A DNA stretch of 64,000 nucleotides, taken from positions 6,982 through 70,981 of IMG/VR virus record IMGVR_UViG_3300020420_000873; one strand, written 5' to 3'. The DNA comes from a virus. Below the pieces are notes generated by a model that worked only from the letters and a program-made list of their open reading frames with translations, made no database searches and was not told the origin of the DNA. The position numbers were made by a program, and so were the translations under genes. This document shows, piece by piece, positions 1 to 8,844 of this stretch (positions within the stretch are counted from its first letter, which is position 1; each line of letters opens with the position of its first letter).

Positions 1-2
1 AT

Positions 3-401
3 ACAAGCCATGTTACATATATTACTAAAACGTACATCCCAATACTGTGCTGATACTTGTTTTAAAGTTCCATCATCTTCAGTGATATCATTTACATCAT
101 TTTTAATTTTACTTGTCCATGGATGATGTTGTTCTAAGATTGTTCTAAAACTTTCTCCCAGTTCTTCTTCTTTTCTATAACATCTTTCACAACCTTTTGG
201 TTCAATGTTGTTCATCATTTCCTTACGCATGGTCTTGGCTTTAGAAGAATTCATTATTTCTTCGTAACTATCAGTTTTTATATTTCCCCAAAAGTTACTC
301 GATGACCAGTGTAAACAACAAGGCATGACAGTACCATCTGGATTTGTACTTAATCCGATCCAAGGTAAAGGACACCACGTTTTTGATTTTTGCCTGCTCA
401 T
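3..401 (-). CDS. Radical SAM protein with N-terminal twitch/SPASM-like domain (runs off window edge)
   Basis: Hand translation from ATG 401: MSRQKSKTWCPLPW..PCC..GCERC..FSNICNMAC. Same architecture as 3929..5083. Not in the ORF track. Confidence 0.85.
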   Translation of the reverse strand, partial: MSRQKSKTWCPLPWIGLSTNPDGTVMPCCLHWSSSNFWGNIKTDSYEEIMNSSKAKTMRKEMMNNIEPKGCERCYRKEEELGESFRTILEQHHPWTSKIKNDVNDITEDDGTLKQVSAQYWDVRFSNICNMAC

Positions 402-415
402 ATGTATGTATTTAT

Positions 416-492
416 TGGCCTGCCCGGCAAGATTCGAACTTGCGACCTTCAGTTCCGCAAACTGACGCTCTATCCAACTGAGCTACGGGCAG
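416..492 (-). tRNA. tRNA-Arg(GCG)
   Basis: Acceptor stem CTGCCCG/CGGGCAG, anticodon arm TCAGT-TTGCGGA-ACTGA, T-loop TTCGAAT, encoded CCA. Confidence 0.93.
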
Positions 493-498
493 TTGTTT

Positions 499-573
499 TG
501 GCTGGGGTAGATGGATTCGAACCACCGAATGTCGGTACCAAAAACCGATGCCTTACCGCTTGGCTATACCCCA
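499..573 (-). tRNA. tRNA-Gln(TTG)
   Basis: TGGGGTATAGCCAAGCGGTAAGGC start, anticodon arm TCGGT-TTTTGGT-ACCGA, encoded CCA. Confidence 0.95.
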
Positions 574-583
574 ATGGTTCTAT

Positions 584-611
584 ATTATAAACTATTATTT
601 TATTTTGTCAA
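584..611 (-). promoter_or_regulatory. sigma70-type promoter for tRNA-Gln/Arg
   Basis: TTGACA-N16-TATAAT just upstream of tRNA-Gln. Confidence 0.75.
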
Positions 612-645
612 GTTGGTCAATAAATAATTGTAAGAGGTTTTAACA

Positions 646-1731
646 ATGGAAACATGGTATAATAACAACACATACGATTCAATTCAACAACCTGATTTTT
701 TTAACGAAAAAGAAATGAATTGGGTTAAAGACATTTATTGGAATATGTTTGATGATTTTTGCAAAACATATATGCCACATCACATAAGTGAAAAGAAGTA
801 TATCAGAATTGAAGAAGCAAACTTTACTAAAAGTCCTTGGCCAATTAGTTTTTATGGTACTGCCCCTGCTAATGTTATAACTTGGGGACAGATTGTTGGT
901 AAAGTTTATGATGTAGATGCTAATGGTGGACTATTACAACAATGTGATAAAATCACAATAGATTTCCAACCAAACAATGAAAATTGGGCGTGGTTGATAG
1001 ATCAATATCAAAAACCTTTTCTTGAAATAGCAGAGTTAATGGAACATAAGTTTGCTGAATTGGAACGTCCAGCATACGTCAAAGACATAGCATTCCATAA
1101 TATGGCTCATGGATTAAAAGTACACAATGACGGACAAGACATAAAAACTAAATTAAAAAATGCAGTTCCAAGACCAGACCATCATCCAAACTATGCACCT
1201 GAAGAATATACTGAAAAAGAAAGTGTGATGTATGCACATCAAGGATTAGTTAATTTGGATGCTCAAAAAGATAATGCTACAATTATTTTTGATCAATGGT
1301 TTCCTTACAGCACGTATTATGATATAGCAAATGACATTAACAATCTTGGTGAACCAAAAAGGCCAGTTATATCATTTGCCAAAGGTGATCAGTTTGAAAG
1401 ATTTGGAGAACACATTAGAGGTTTAACTAATAAACATTTCGACAAACAAGATTATATTCATATGTCTTATCCTTTGAAAAATTACAAAGACGTACAAAAA
1501 TTTAGAAAACTATTTCCAATAGATAAACTATTCGGCTTAACTTTAAACAAGATTCTATACTTTGGTCATCCAGGAACATTAATTAGTTGGGACAACAAAA
1601 GATACCATATGGCAAAACCATTTGCTGTTATAGATCAAATCAACAATGAACACGGATTCGTTGGTTATACAGGTATTGGTACAACTAATAGATTAATGCT
1701 ACAATACGAAACACAACTTCGAAACGACTAA
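646..1731 (+). CDS. Putative 2OG-Fe(II) oxygenase
   Basis: HND...YH...R spacing (KVHND, KRYHM, NRLML). GAGG RBS and ATAAATA upstream. Lies antisense within the tRNA array. Confidence 0.6.
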   Translation: METWYNNNTYDSIQQPDFFNEKEMNWVKDIYWNMFDDFCKTYMPHHISEKKYIRIEEANFTKSPWPISFYGTAPANVITWGQIVGKVYDVDANGGLLQQCDKITIDFQPNNENWAWLIDQYQKPFLEIAELMEHKFAELERPAYVKDIAFHNMAHGLKVHNDGQDIKTKLKNAVPRPDHHPNYAPEEYTEKESVMYAHQGLVNLDAQKDNATIIFDQWFPYSTYYDIANDINNLGEPKRPVISFAKGDQFERFGEHIRGLTNKHFDKQDYIHMSYPLKNYKDVQKFRKLFPIDKLFGLTLNKILYFGHPGTLISWDNKRYHMAKPFAVIDQINNEHGFVGYTGIGTTNRLMLQYETQLRND

Positions 1732-1733
1732 TA

Positions 1734-1810
1734 TGGTAGCAGTGGGTAGATTCGAACTACCGACCTTTCGAATATGAGTCGAATGCTCTAACCAACTGAG
1801 CTACACTGCC
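1734..1810 (-). tRNA. tRNA with CAT anticodon (probably elongator Met; Ile2 not excluded)
   Basis: GGCAGTG acceptor strand, anticodon arm TTCGA-CTCATAT-TCGAA, encoded CCA, no initiator GGG/CCC stem. Confidence 0.88.
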
Positions 1811-1813
1811 ATG

Positions 1814-1890
1814 TGGTAGGCGATGGAAGACTCGAACTTCCGACCCCCGCGTTATCAACACGGTGCTCTAACCAACTGAGCTAATCGCCC
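1814..1890 (-). tRNA. tRNA-Ile(GAT)
   Basis: GGGCGATTAGCTCAG start, anticodon arm CCGTG-TTGATAA-CGCGG, encoded CCA. Confidence 0.95.
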
Positions 1891-2387
1891 ATGTCGTATT
1901 CAAAGTTAACAGTAGTCTTGTTAACTCTAAATTCTTTAGCACCATTTTTTATATGAAACTTTCTTGCCATTTCAGTCATTGGTGATAAAGTGACTAATCT
2001 ATTTAAATGATTTGATTTCTTAATCATTTTATATACTTCATCTACTATTTTTCTTCCGCCACCACGTTTACGACTCCATACGGTATAAGCAACAGCAACT
2101 CTTCCTTGCACACCTGCTCTATGAATTGATTCCATATGAGCATCTTTACTCATACTATCTAGTTCTTCTACTGACGCTGGTACTTCATTAGTAAATGCAA
2201 AACACATCACAGCAACTATTTCGTCGCCGTCTTTGAGTCCATAAATTTTTCTTCCATATTGTTGTCTAAACCAGTTATCTAATTCTGGTCTTACAGGATC
2301 TTCTGAAGTGTCTATTTCGTTTAATTCTATTAGCTTGACCTTTTTAAGCCAATCAAATTTATCTAAAATTCTATTTAAAACGTCCAT
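1881..2387 (-). CDS. Phage protein, possible GNAT fold
   Basis: RKRGGGRKIV resembles acetyl-CoA motif A; ARKFHIKNGA resembles motif B. Stop codon lies inside tRNA-Ile. Confidence 0.5.
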   Translation of the reverse strand: MDVLNRILDKFDWLKKVKLIELNEIDTSEDPVRPELDNWFRQQYGRKIYGLKDGDEIVAVMCFAFTNEVPASVEELDSMSKDAHMESIHRAGVQGRVAVAYTVWSRKRGGGRKIVDEVYKMIKKSNHLNRLVTLSPMTEMARKFHIKNGAKEFRVNKTTVNFEYDMGD

Positions 2388-2392
2388 ACTGT

Positions 2393-2420
2393 ATAATACT
2401 TTCTTTTAAGTTTTTGTCAA
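2393..2420 (-). promoter_or_regulatory. sigma70-type promoter, probably giving a leaderless mRNA
   Basis: TTGACA-N16-TATTAT-N5-ATG. Confidence 0.65.
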
Positions 2421-2443
2421 GTACATGTTTACGACTGTTGTAT

Positions 2444-3034
2444 TTATGGTATAATCGGTGAAGTATCTAATACTGTGGCCACTAAATGGACTCTGTCCTC
2501 TTCGCCACCATTAAATGCATTATGATATCGTGTGTTGTCTGTAATCCAAACTGAGCCATCAGCAGGCATGTGTCTAACTTCTGTATCAATACACATACGA
2601 GCTCCTGGATTGGTTACAATTGGTATATGCAATCTTGGTTCAGGATCTCTATGCCAACTCAATGTTGTTCTTGGTAATTTCCATAACAACCTAATCCTAC
2701 CCAATTTATATTTGCTTGTTAGTTTTTCATACACTTCTTTAAAATATGTATCTTCAAACAATTTTACAAACTCAGAATATTGTGTTTCATCAATGGGTGC
2801 TTCTCTAGTTACTTCAACACCTGTGTGATCTGGTCTAGTCCAAAACAATCCTCTAACATTACCACCTGTGATTGAATTTGGATCTCCTGGAATTTGAGTA
2901 AGGCAAATTGCATTTATATCTCTTTCACCTAATGGTGATTGTCTTGCAACTCTTGTGTCAACTTCTTTTAATGCTGATTGAAGTTTTTCAATATCAAAAA
3001 TAATATCTGGATCTTTATAAAAGTTTGTGTGCAT
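2444..3034 (-). CDS. Asp/Asn beta-hydroxylase-like 2OG-Fe(II) oxygenase
   Basis: LSWHRD..RLHIPIVTN..YHNAFN..RVHLV. Confidence 0.8.
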   Translation of the reverse strand: MHTNFYKDPDIIFDIEKLQSALKEVDTRVARQSPLGERDINAICLTQIPGDPNSITGGNVRGLFWTRPDHTGVEVTREAPIDETQYSEFVKLFEDTYFKEVYEKLTSKYKLGRIRLLWKLPRTTLSWHRDPEPRLHIPIVTNPGARMCIDTEVRHMPADGSVWITDNTRYHNAFNGGEEDRVHLVATVLDTSPIIP

Positions 3035-3035
3035 A

Positions 3036-3194
3036 TTACATATTTATTACTGTTGCAAGTAATACTCCTATTGCTCCAACTATTGTTAACAATACAATAA
3101 TTTTAATCCAAAAAATACTAGTTGGGATTTCTTCCCATTTCTTTTTTTGTTCTTTACTTAAAGGAGGATTTACTTGCCACACGTTCCAACCCAT
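3036..3194 (-). CDS. Small membrane protein (52 aa)
   Basis: Hand translation MGWNVW..FWIKIIVLLTIVGAIGVLL. TAATG coupling to the upstream gene. Confidence 0.6.
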   Translation of the reverse strand: MGWNVWQVNPPLSKEQKKKWEEIPTSIFWIKIIVLLTIVGAIGVLLATVINM

Positions 3195-3466
3195 TATTCT
3201 TCTTTGTACGGTCCGCCACGTTTGATTGTATCAAGGATCATTTCCATGTCGTCAAATGCATCTCGCTCTTCTGATAAACTATTTTTGTATGCAATTTTAA
3301 TTGCTTTGTTTAACACAGTAGGTTTAATATCTAATTCTTCTGCAATATGTTTTACTGTATCTCGTAGCCCTGCTCTTAAATCATCTGTTTCTTGTAGCAC
3401 CTGTGTTGCTTCATCGAACAATTTGATCAGCTTTGCTTTTTCTTCTTGGTTAATTGTTAATGCCAT
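3194..3466 (-). CDS. T4 DsbA-like dsDNA-binding protein
   Basis: 90-aa helical protein; LRDTVKHIAEELDIKPTVLNKAIKIAYK resembles the phage DsbA family. Confidence 0.65.
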   Translation of the reverse strand: MALTINQEEKAKLIKLFDEATQVLQETDDLRAGLRDTVKHIAEELDIKPTVLNKAIKIAYKNSLSEERDAFDDMEMILDTIKRGGPYKEE

Positions 3467-3467
3467 T

Positions 3468-3671
3468 TTATCTTCCTAATTTTTTAGATCTACCCAACGG
3501 CAGTTCTTGTTGCTTTTCATAGACGCCGCCTTTTTTAGCTTCCCATTCAACACGTACCATTTTACTTTTTGTGTTTGCTTGAAAAGATTTTACTGCTCTT
3601 CTGTATCCTAATGCGTCTACAGTTTTTGTTTCTTCTCCGTCATAGAACGTAAACGTTCTCATTTTTGCCAT
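3468..3671 (-). CDS. Small basic hypothetical protein
   Basis: Strong AGGAGG RBS, 67 aa. Confidence 0.75.
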   Translation of the reverse strand: MAKMRTFTFYDGEETKTVDALGYRRAVKSFQANTKSKMVRVEWEAKKGGVYEKQQELPLGRSKKLGR

Positions 3672-3693
3672 AACCCTCCTTGGTTATAATTTA

Positions 3694-3864
3694 CTAGTAT
3701 TTAACTTTCTGCTCTAAATGTCTTATTTCCCAACCTTTACCTTTTTCTTTTTTCTGTAGGTCAACCCACACATTTTGAGCATCTAATTTTTGATATACTG
3801 AGTTGATGTTAGTTAAATTATCTTTTAACTTTTTTACCAATTCAACTACTTTTGGATCTTTCAT
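3694..3864 (-). CDS. Small hypothetical protein (56 aa)
   Basis: Hand translation MKDPKVVELVKKLKDNL..EQKVKY. Fills the intergenic gap. Confidence 0.55.
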   Translation of the reverse strand: MKDPKVVELVKKLKDNLTNINSVYQKLDAQNVWVDLQKKEKGKGWEIRHLEQKVKY

Positions 3865-3928
3865 AATCATTGCCTTTCAAATAAATACTATAATATTGTA
3901 ATATGATACAATAGTCAAGAGAAATTAT

Positions 3929-5083
3929 ATGGAAAAGAGAGAAACCCCAAACGTTAAATATTTCTGCAGTCTTCCTTTTAACGGTGCACAAATAAATGAA
4001 GAAGGAACAGTCAGGCCTTGTTGTAATTGGGATCCTGCTGATCAAAATGATTGGCCTAATATGAAAGATGGCCTAACCAATGCAGTTCAACATCCTCGTT
4101 TCCAAGAAGTTCGTGATAATATGCTTAATGATATATACACTCCAGGATGTAGAAGATGCTTTGAAAATGAAAAAGCAAAGAAAGATAGCACAAGACTAGC
4201 TAATTTAAGTCGTGATAAAGACTGGATCAAACAAAACTTTGATAATAACTTGTTTAACAAAGACTTCTATGAATTGCATTATCTAGACACCACGTTCAGT
4301 ATACTATGTAATTTGAGTTGCAGAATGTGTAGTGGTATGGTAAGCAGTACATTTGGTAAAATAATTGAAAAAGATAATATAACAGATAGTTATGATATAA
4401 GTGAAGTTGATATTGATGTTTCTAAATTAGATCGTATAAAATTTGTAGGTGGTGAACCATTAATGGAGCCAAAGCACAATTTATTTTTAGAAAAAATTGT
4501 TAGAGATGGAGTTGATTTAAAAAATTTGGATTTAGTTTATCACACAAACGCAACTAAATTACCAACAAAAGCAGTACAAGAAATTTGGAAAAAATGTAAA
4601 TCTGTGTTGATAAATTTAAGTATTGATGGATACAAAGATACTAACTGGATACAAAGACCAGGTTCATACACTTGGGATGATATTGAAAGAGTTTGTAAAC
4701 AATACAAAGAATGGTCACAACAATCAGAAAATATTAGAATAAGAGTCAGTTCTGTAATAACAAAAATAAATATTTTTCATCTACACGAATTAGAAAAATG
4801 GATCGATGATTTTTGGGGACAAGAATTCTATGAAAAGGATGACTCTTTCTTCGGAGCATATTGTATAGAATGGCCAAGGCAGTTATCTATATGTGATTGG
4901 TATCTTAATGAAGAGAAAAAGAAGAAAGTTAATGAATATATTTTTAAAATAAAAAACAACAAAATTAGGAATCATATCAAGTTTTGGATTAAAAACAATG
5001 TTGGAAGATATTATGGAAAATTTGATTATGAACAAGAAATGTTAAACGACTATTGGAAGTACGATATTGACAAATACTTGTAA
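3929..5083 (+). CDS. Radical SAM protein, N-terminal twitch domain
   Basis: CSLPF..PCC..GCRRC, then CNLSCRMC, GGEP, LSIDG. Confidence 0.9.
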   Translation: MEKRETPNVKYFCSLPFNGAQINEEGTVRPCCNWDPADQNDWPNMKDGLTNAVQHPRFQEVRDNMLNDIYTPGCRRCFENEKAKKDSTRLANLSRDKDWIKQNFDNNLFNKDFYELHYLDTTFSILCNLSCRMCSGMVSSTFGKIIEKDNITDSYDISEVDIDVSKLDRIKFVGGEPLMEPKHNLFLEKIVRDGVDLKNLDLVYHTNATKLPTKAVQEIWKKCKSVLINLSIDGYKDTNWIQRPGSYTWDDIERVCKQYKEWSQQSENIRIRVSSVITKINIFHLHELEKWIDDFWGQEFYEKDDSFFGAYCIEWPRQLSICDWYLNEEKKKKVNEYIFKIKNNKIRNHIKFWIKNNVGRYYGKFDYEQEMLNDYWKYDIDKYL

Positions 5084-5095
5084 GAGGATTATAAT
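5067..5095 (+). promoter_or_regulatory. Consensus sigma70-type promoter
   Basis: TTGACA-N17-TATAAT, 8 nt before ATG 5104. Confidence 0.7.
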
Positions 5096-5103
5096 TATAA
5101 AGT

Positions 5104-6153
5104 ATGAACTTAGATAACATAAAACAATATGAAATTGAAATAACATCAAAATGCAATGCAAGATGTCCTGGATGTTCTCGTACACACAATGGTCAAACAC
5201 ATCCTGACTTAAAGATGTTAGAAATTTCACTATCTGATTTTAAAGATATCTTTCCTCCACACACAATTAAAGATAGATCATTTGGCTTTTCTGGTGTATA
5301 CGGTGATCCTGGGATGGCGAAAGACATACTACCTATATGTGAATATATTTTAGATAACCATCCATCTAAAGTTTGGTTAGACACAAATGGTGGTATGCAA
5401 ACTGAAAAGTTTTGGTATGATTTATCGCAATTGAGTTTCAAACATAATCACAAGTTGACTGTTGGATTCAACATAGATGGTTACAAAGACAGCAACCATA
5501 TCTATCGTGTAAATGTAATATGGGATAAACTTGTAAAAAATATATCAGCATACTCACAAGGACAAGGTAAAGCTACTTGGTCTTACATAGAATTTGATCA
5601 TAACACTAGCGATATTGACAATGCACGACAAATGGCAAAAGAACTTGGATTTGATTTTAGAGTCAGAAGGTCATCAAGAAATCAAATCAAAGCACCATGG
5701 AAAACTAACAAAGCAACTATCACAACAAATAAAAAAGAAATACAACATACACAGGCACAAACAAAATTTAACATAACTAAAAAAATAGAAAGCACTCCAA
5801 TAAAAAATAAAAAGTTTAACGATATAAAATGTAGACTTATACATGAACAAAAGGCATACATATCACATGATATGAGATTATGGCCATGCTGTTGGGTTGG
5901 AGATATGTATCATGACTCTATACGACCAAGTGTCCAAAGGCAAGGTCGACAAAAGTTATTTGACATAGAAGAACGTTATGGAAAGAACTGGAACGACCTT
6001 AAACACAATTCATTAAACAATATTCTTAGTCATGAATATTACGATTCTGTTCTAGAAGATTCTTGGAACACAGAACACGACTTATATATTAAAAGATGTG
6101 TAATTGAATGTGGTGGGCATGGATCAAGAGCAAAAGTAGAATACCAAAAGTAA
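5104..6153 (+). CDS. Radical SAM protein, C-terminal SPASM/twitch domain
   Basis: CNARCPGC, GDP, TNGG, C-terminal WPCC..RCVIEC. Confidence 0.9.
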   Translation: MNLDNIKQYEIEITSKCNARCPGCSRTHNGQTHPDLKMLEISLSDFKDIFPPHTIKDRSFGFSGVYGDPGMAKDILPICEYILDNHPSKVWLDTNGGMQTEKFWYDLSQLSFKHNHKLTVGFNIDGYKDSNHIYRVNVIWDKLVKNISAYSQGQGKATWSYIEFDHNTSDIDNARQMAKELGFDFRVRRSSRNQIKAPWKTNKATITTNKKEIQHTQAQTKFNITKKIESTPIKNKKFNDIKCRLIHEQKAYISHDMRLWPCCWVGDMYHDSIRPSVQRQGRQKLFDIEERYGKNWNDLKHNSLNNILSHEYYDSVLEDSWNTEHDLYIKRCVIECGGHGSRAKVEYQK

Positions 6154-6154
6154 A

Positions 6155-6355
6155 TTAAGATTTTTTCTTAAATGTATCTGCTGTCAACCCTGCCTTAGCA
6201 AATGCATCAGCAAATGCTGTATTAATCATTTTTGATTCTTTAGTTTTAAATTGTTTAGGCTGGTTGTTCTTTGCAGGTTTTTTCTTCTGCTTTGGTTTGA
6301 TAATTTTTTTCTTAGGCGTATCTTCACCTATAATGTATGTTTGCTTCTTTTTCAT
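6155..6355 (-). CDS. Lys-rich hypothetical protein
   Basis: ORF in a run of small minus-strand genes. Confidence 0.55.
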   Translation of the reverse strand: MKKKQTYIIGEDTPKKKIIKPKQKKKPAKNNQPKQFKTKESKMINTAFADAFAKAGLTADTFKKKS

Positions 6356-6400
6356 AGACTGCTCGATCGTATGTTGTATTTATATAGATACCTTTATAAC

Positions 6401-6643
6401 CTACTTATAATGGTCTTTATCTATGTATTTTGCCTGTTCCCTAATATACAACCACCAGTCGACAAGCAATAATTGAGATAAAGTACCAAACGGTGTTAGT
6501 ATATAACCAAATAAAAAAGGAAGACCAAGTATAAAGAAAACAACTGTCATTAGATATCCTAATGGTCTTTCAGGTTGCCATTCTAGCCACTTTGGCGGTT
6601 GATGTGGTTTTTTATTTCTGAAGTCATTAAATTCGTGTTGCAT
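6401..6643 (-). CDS. Small membrane protein
   Basis: Likely start MQHEF; hydrophobic central segment. Confidence 0.6.
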   Translation of the reverse strand: MQHEFNDFRNKKPHQPPKWLEWQPERPLGYLMTVVFFILGLPFLFGYILTPFGTLSQLLLVDWWLYIREQAKYIDKDHYK

Positions 6644-6644
6644 A

Positions 6645-6926
6645 TTACTTGTACTTATGCAAGTCTTCAAGAACACCCATTGCCATAGCAGATGTCATTC
6701 TTAAATTACCAGACGTTCTGCCAATCCTTTGCAGATGTGCTTTGGCAGTATCGTTGTATTTGATACCATAATGTTTTTTGACATATTTGGCGAACTCAAG
6801 TATTTCTCCTTCAAGTTCTTCTAACCACCAGACTTTCATGTCTACTTCCGATGCAACAGAATGCTTAACTTCTGCTGGGTCTAATTTAATATGATCGTAG
6901 TTCTTTTTTACAGATTTCCTTGCCAT
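6645..6926 (-). CDS. Hypothetical protein
   Basis: 93-aa ORF with AAGGTGG RBS. Confidence 0.7.
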   Translation of the reverse strand: MARKSVKKNYDHIKLDPAEVKHSVASEVDMKVWWLEELEGEILEFAKYVKKHYGIKYNDTAKAHLQRIGRTSGNLRMTSAMAMGVLEDLHKYK

Positions 6927-7090
6927 GGTTCCACCTTAGTTTTTTTTGTTTTTTTAGATAAGTTTTCTTGACCTTCTTCTAAATCACTTACCAAATCTTT
7001 AATATCATCACATAGTATTGTAAGGTCTTTTAGTTTTTCATCTAAGGTGTCTGCTTTTTTATATATTTTATCTAATAATTTTTTATTCAT
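6908..7090 (-). CDS. Coiled-coil hypothetical protein
   Basis: Likely start MNKKLL, overlapping neighbours. Confidence 0.55.
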   Translation of the reverse strand: MNKKLLDKIYKKADTLDEKLKDLTILCDDIKDLVSDLEEGQENLSKKTKKTKVEPWQGNL

Positions 7091-7340
7091 CTTTACCATC
7101 AATTTTTTTTAAGAATTTCTTTTTCCATATCGAGTGTAAAACATAAAACCATATACCATTTATAGAAGGCTCAATCAATGCTACTGCACCTGCTTCCCAT
7201 AAACTCGCACCAGTCATCATAGTAACAACTGTCATTGCAATAACAATATGTCCGCAAGTATAAATTAATGCAAGAACAAACGAATCTCCCTTAATGAAAC
7301 TTTTTAATGCTCCAAATATTCCTTGTGTAAATTCTGACAT
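7083..7340 (-). CDS. DUF2061-like membrane protein
   Basis: IYTCGHIVIAM..AGAVALIEP.ING.WFY pattern; GAGG RBS. Confidence 0.65.
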   Translation of the reverse strand: MSEFTQGIFGALKSFIKGDSFVLALIYTCGHIVIAMTVVTMMTGASLWEAGAVALIEPSINGIWFYVLHSIWKKKFLKKIDGKDE

Positions 7341-7477
7341 TTAAAACCTCTTATCTAAGAAATATACTACAATTGGCAATGCCAATATCGCAATGATGTA
7401 TGTTTCTAATGTTGTTAATTCGTATCCGCATTGCAGAATACATTCACCCCACCAATTGTTTATAGCTTCAATCACTG

Positions 7478-7753
7478 CTACCCAACCGGTTCAAGTTTGC
7501 CATTTTTATCAGTAAACCAAGTATAACCTGCAATCTTTGCCTGCTTATCATAGCCTTTTAAGTTATAAGCAAAAAGAAGTTCTGGTTGATGTGTATTCCT
7601 AATCAATCCATATCTTGACTGCCTATTACCCTCAAGTATATAACTGGCCTGTTTAGTTGTTGGATCTTCAACAAGCTCTACCTTAAATTTGTGTTTACCT
7701 ATCTGCACTTCTGTGCTTTTCAGCAAATCACCGTGTTTTTCAACATCACTCAT
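7478..7753 (-). CDS. Hypothetical (early) protein
   Basis: GAGG RBS and own promoter at 7792-7819. Confidence 0.7.
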   Translation of the reverse strand: MSDVEKHGDLLKSTEVQIGKHKFKVELVEDPTTKQASYILEGNRQSRYGLIRNTHQPELLFAYNLKGYDKQAKIAGYTWFTDKNGKLEPVG

Positions 7754-7791
7754 AATATTTTGTACCTCATTTATTAATTATGTATTTCTAT

Positions 7792-7819
7792 AATATAACA
7801 CATTATAGATATCTGTCAA
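7792..7819 (-). promoter_or_regulatory. Early-type promoter related to the moxR/vWA promoters
   Basis: TTGACAGATATCTATAATGTGT-TATATT, 16-nt spacer. Confidence 0.6.
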
Positions 7820-7953
7820 GTGAAAAGACGCCTATACACCCAATTTTTTTGTCAATAAAATAGCGGATTTCCAACAAATTTAGATAAAATACACTATAAT
7901 AGATAAATAAAACTGTATATACTAAAGAATAATACGTATAAGGAGAGCTCAAT

Positions 7954-8229
7954 ATGTTTATATCATGGAAAACAGATGGTTCTGCAGGTGCTGTAGATTT
8001 AATGAAGGGTCGTTTAGAAAACAACGATTTCAGCGATTATATCACGTGGGCATCAGTAAACGGCAGAATTAACTTCAAATATGAAATGGTTGGCGACGAT
8101 TTAGTAATCACAGAAGAGTGGAATATCGATAGAGCGGCTTATGACGCACTTGACATTGATAACTCAGACGGTGAAGGCAATCCATTACCAATGGAAGAAA
8201 CTACTGATCATTTATCATTTGATGAATAA
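7954..8229 (+). CDS. Small acidic protein with strong expression signals; candidate substrate of the cluster
   Basis: AAGGAG RBS, GATAAATA upstream, frequent TTC/AAC/ATC codons, Asp/Asn/Glu-rich. Confidence 0.8.
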   Translation: MFISWKTDGSAGAVDLMKGRLENNDFSDYITWASVNGRINFKYEMVGDDLVITEEWNIDRAAYDALDIDNSDGEGNPLPMEETTDHLSFDE

Positions 8230-8230
8230 T

Positions 8231-8250
8231 TTTAATAATTAATTATTAAA
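8231..8250. terminator. Perfect 20-bp AT palindrome between convergent genes
   Basis: TTTAATAATT|AATTATTAAA. Confidence 0.4.
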
Positions 8251-8253
8251 GGC

Positions 8254-8844
8254 TCACTGTTGTAAAAACGATGGTGAGCTTTTATAATACTCATACACAT
8301 CATTTATAGTCATACCATAATCAAAATCAAGCTGAAAACCATAACGGGTCATAGTTTCACCACCTTTGGCACTGTGTAATTGTCCTGTGTTAACTACAAC
8401 AGGATGACTGTAATATAGTGTTTTGGTTTCTTCTCTTTTATTATTATACCAAGTAATTGAACCACCTGCGGGTTTAAACTCTACAAGTAATGCTACCATT
8501 CTTTGCACATCTCTGTGAATATTTAAAAACCAACCAGGAGACATTTTTGTGTATTGTTTCCTAACAATAAGGCTTGTTGGCATGTTTAAAACTTTACAGG
8601 TATCTTTTACTATTTGTTCAACTAGCGGATTACTATTAAATTCTGCTCCATGATCAACATCTTGATAATAAACCCATTCGTTATCATTTTGATCTTCTTC
8701 AATACCTTCTTCATACGTTACTTGATGTCCTGCATAAGCTACGTCAACTTTTTGAAACTTGTCACGTAGACTATCAATTGCATTTATGTTTGCTTCGTTA
8801 TCTATTTTTAATTGTGGTAGTTCAAAATATTCAAAGTGCTTCAT
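8254..8844 (-). CDS. 2OG-Fe(II) oxygenase-like protein
   Basis: IHRD..NTGQLH..TRYGFQL. Confidence 0.7.
   Translation of the reverse strand: MKHFEYFELPQLKIDNEANINAIDSLRDKFQKVDVAYAGHQVTYEEGIEEDQNDNEWVYYQDVDHGAEFNSNPLVEQIVKDTCKVLNMPTSLIVRKQYTKMSPGWFLNIHRDVQRMVALLVEFKPAGGSITWYNNKREETKTLYYSHPVVVNTGQLHSAKGGETMTRYGFQLDFDYGMTINDVYEYYKSSPSFLQQ

Noticed and set aside
390-590. 66-aa plus-strand ORF
   Set aside because: It is the antisense reading of tRNA-Arg and tRNA-Gln.
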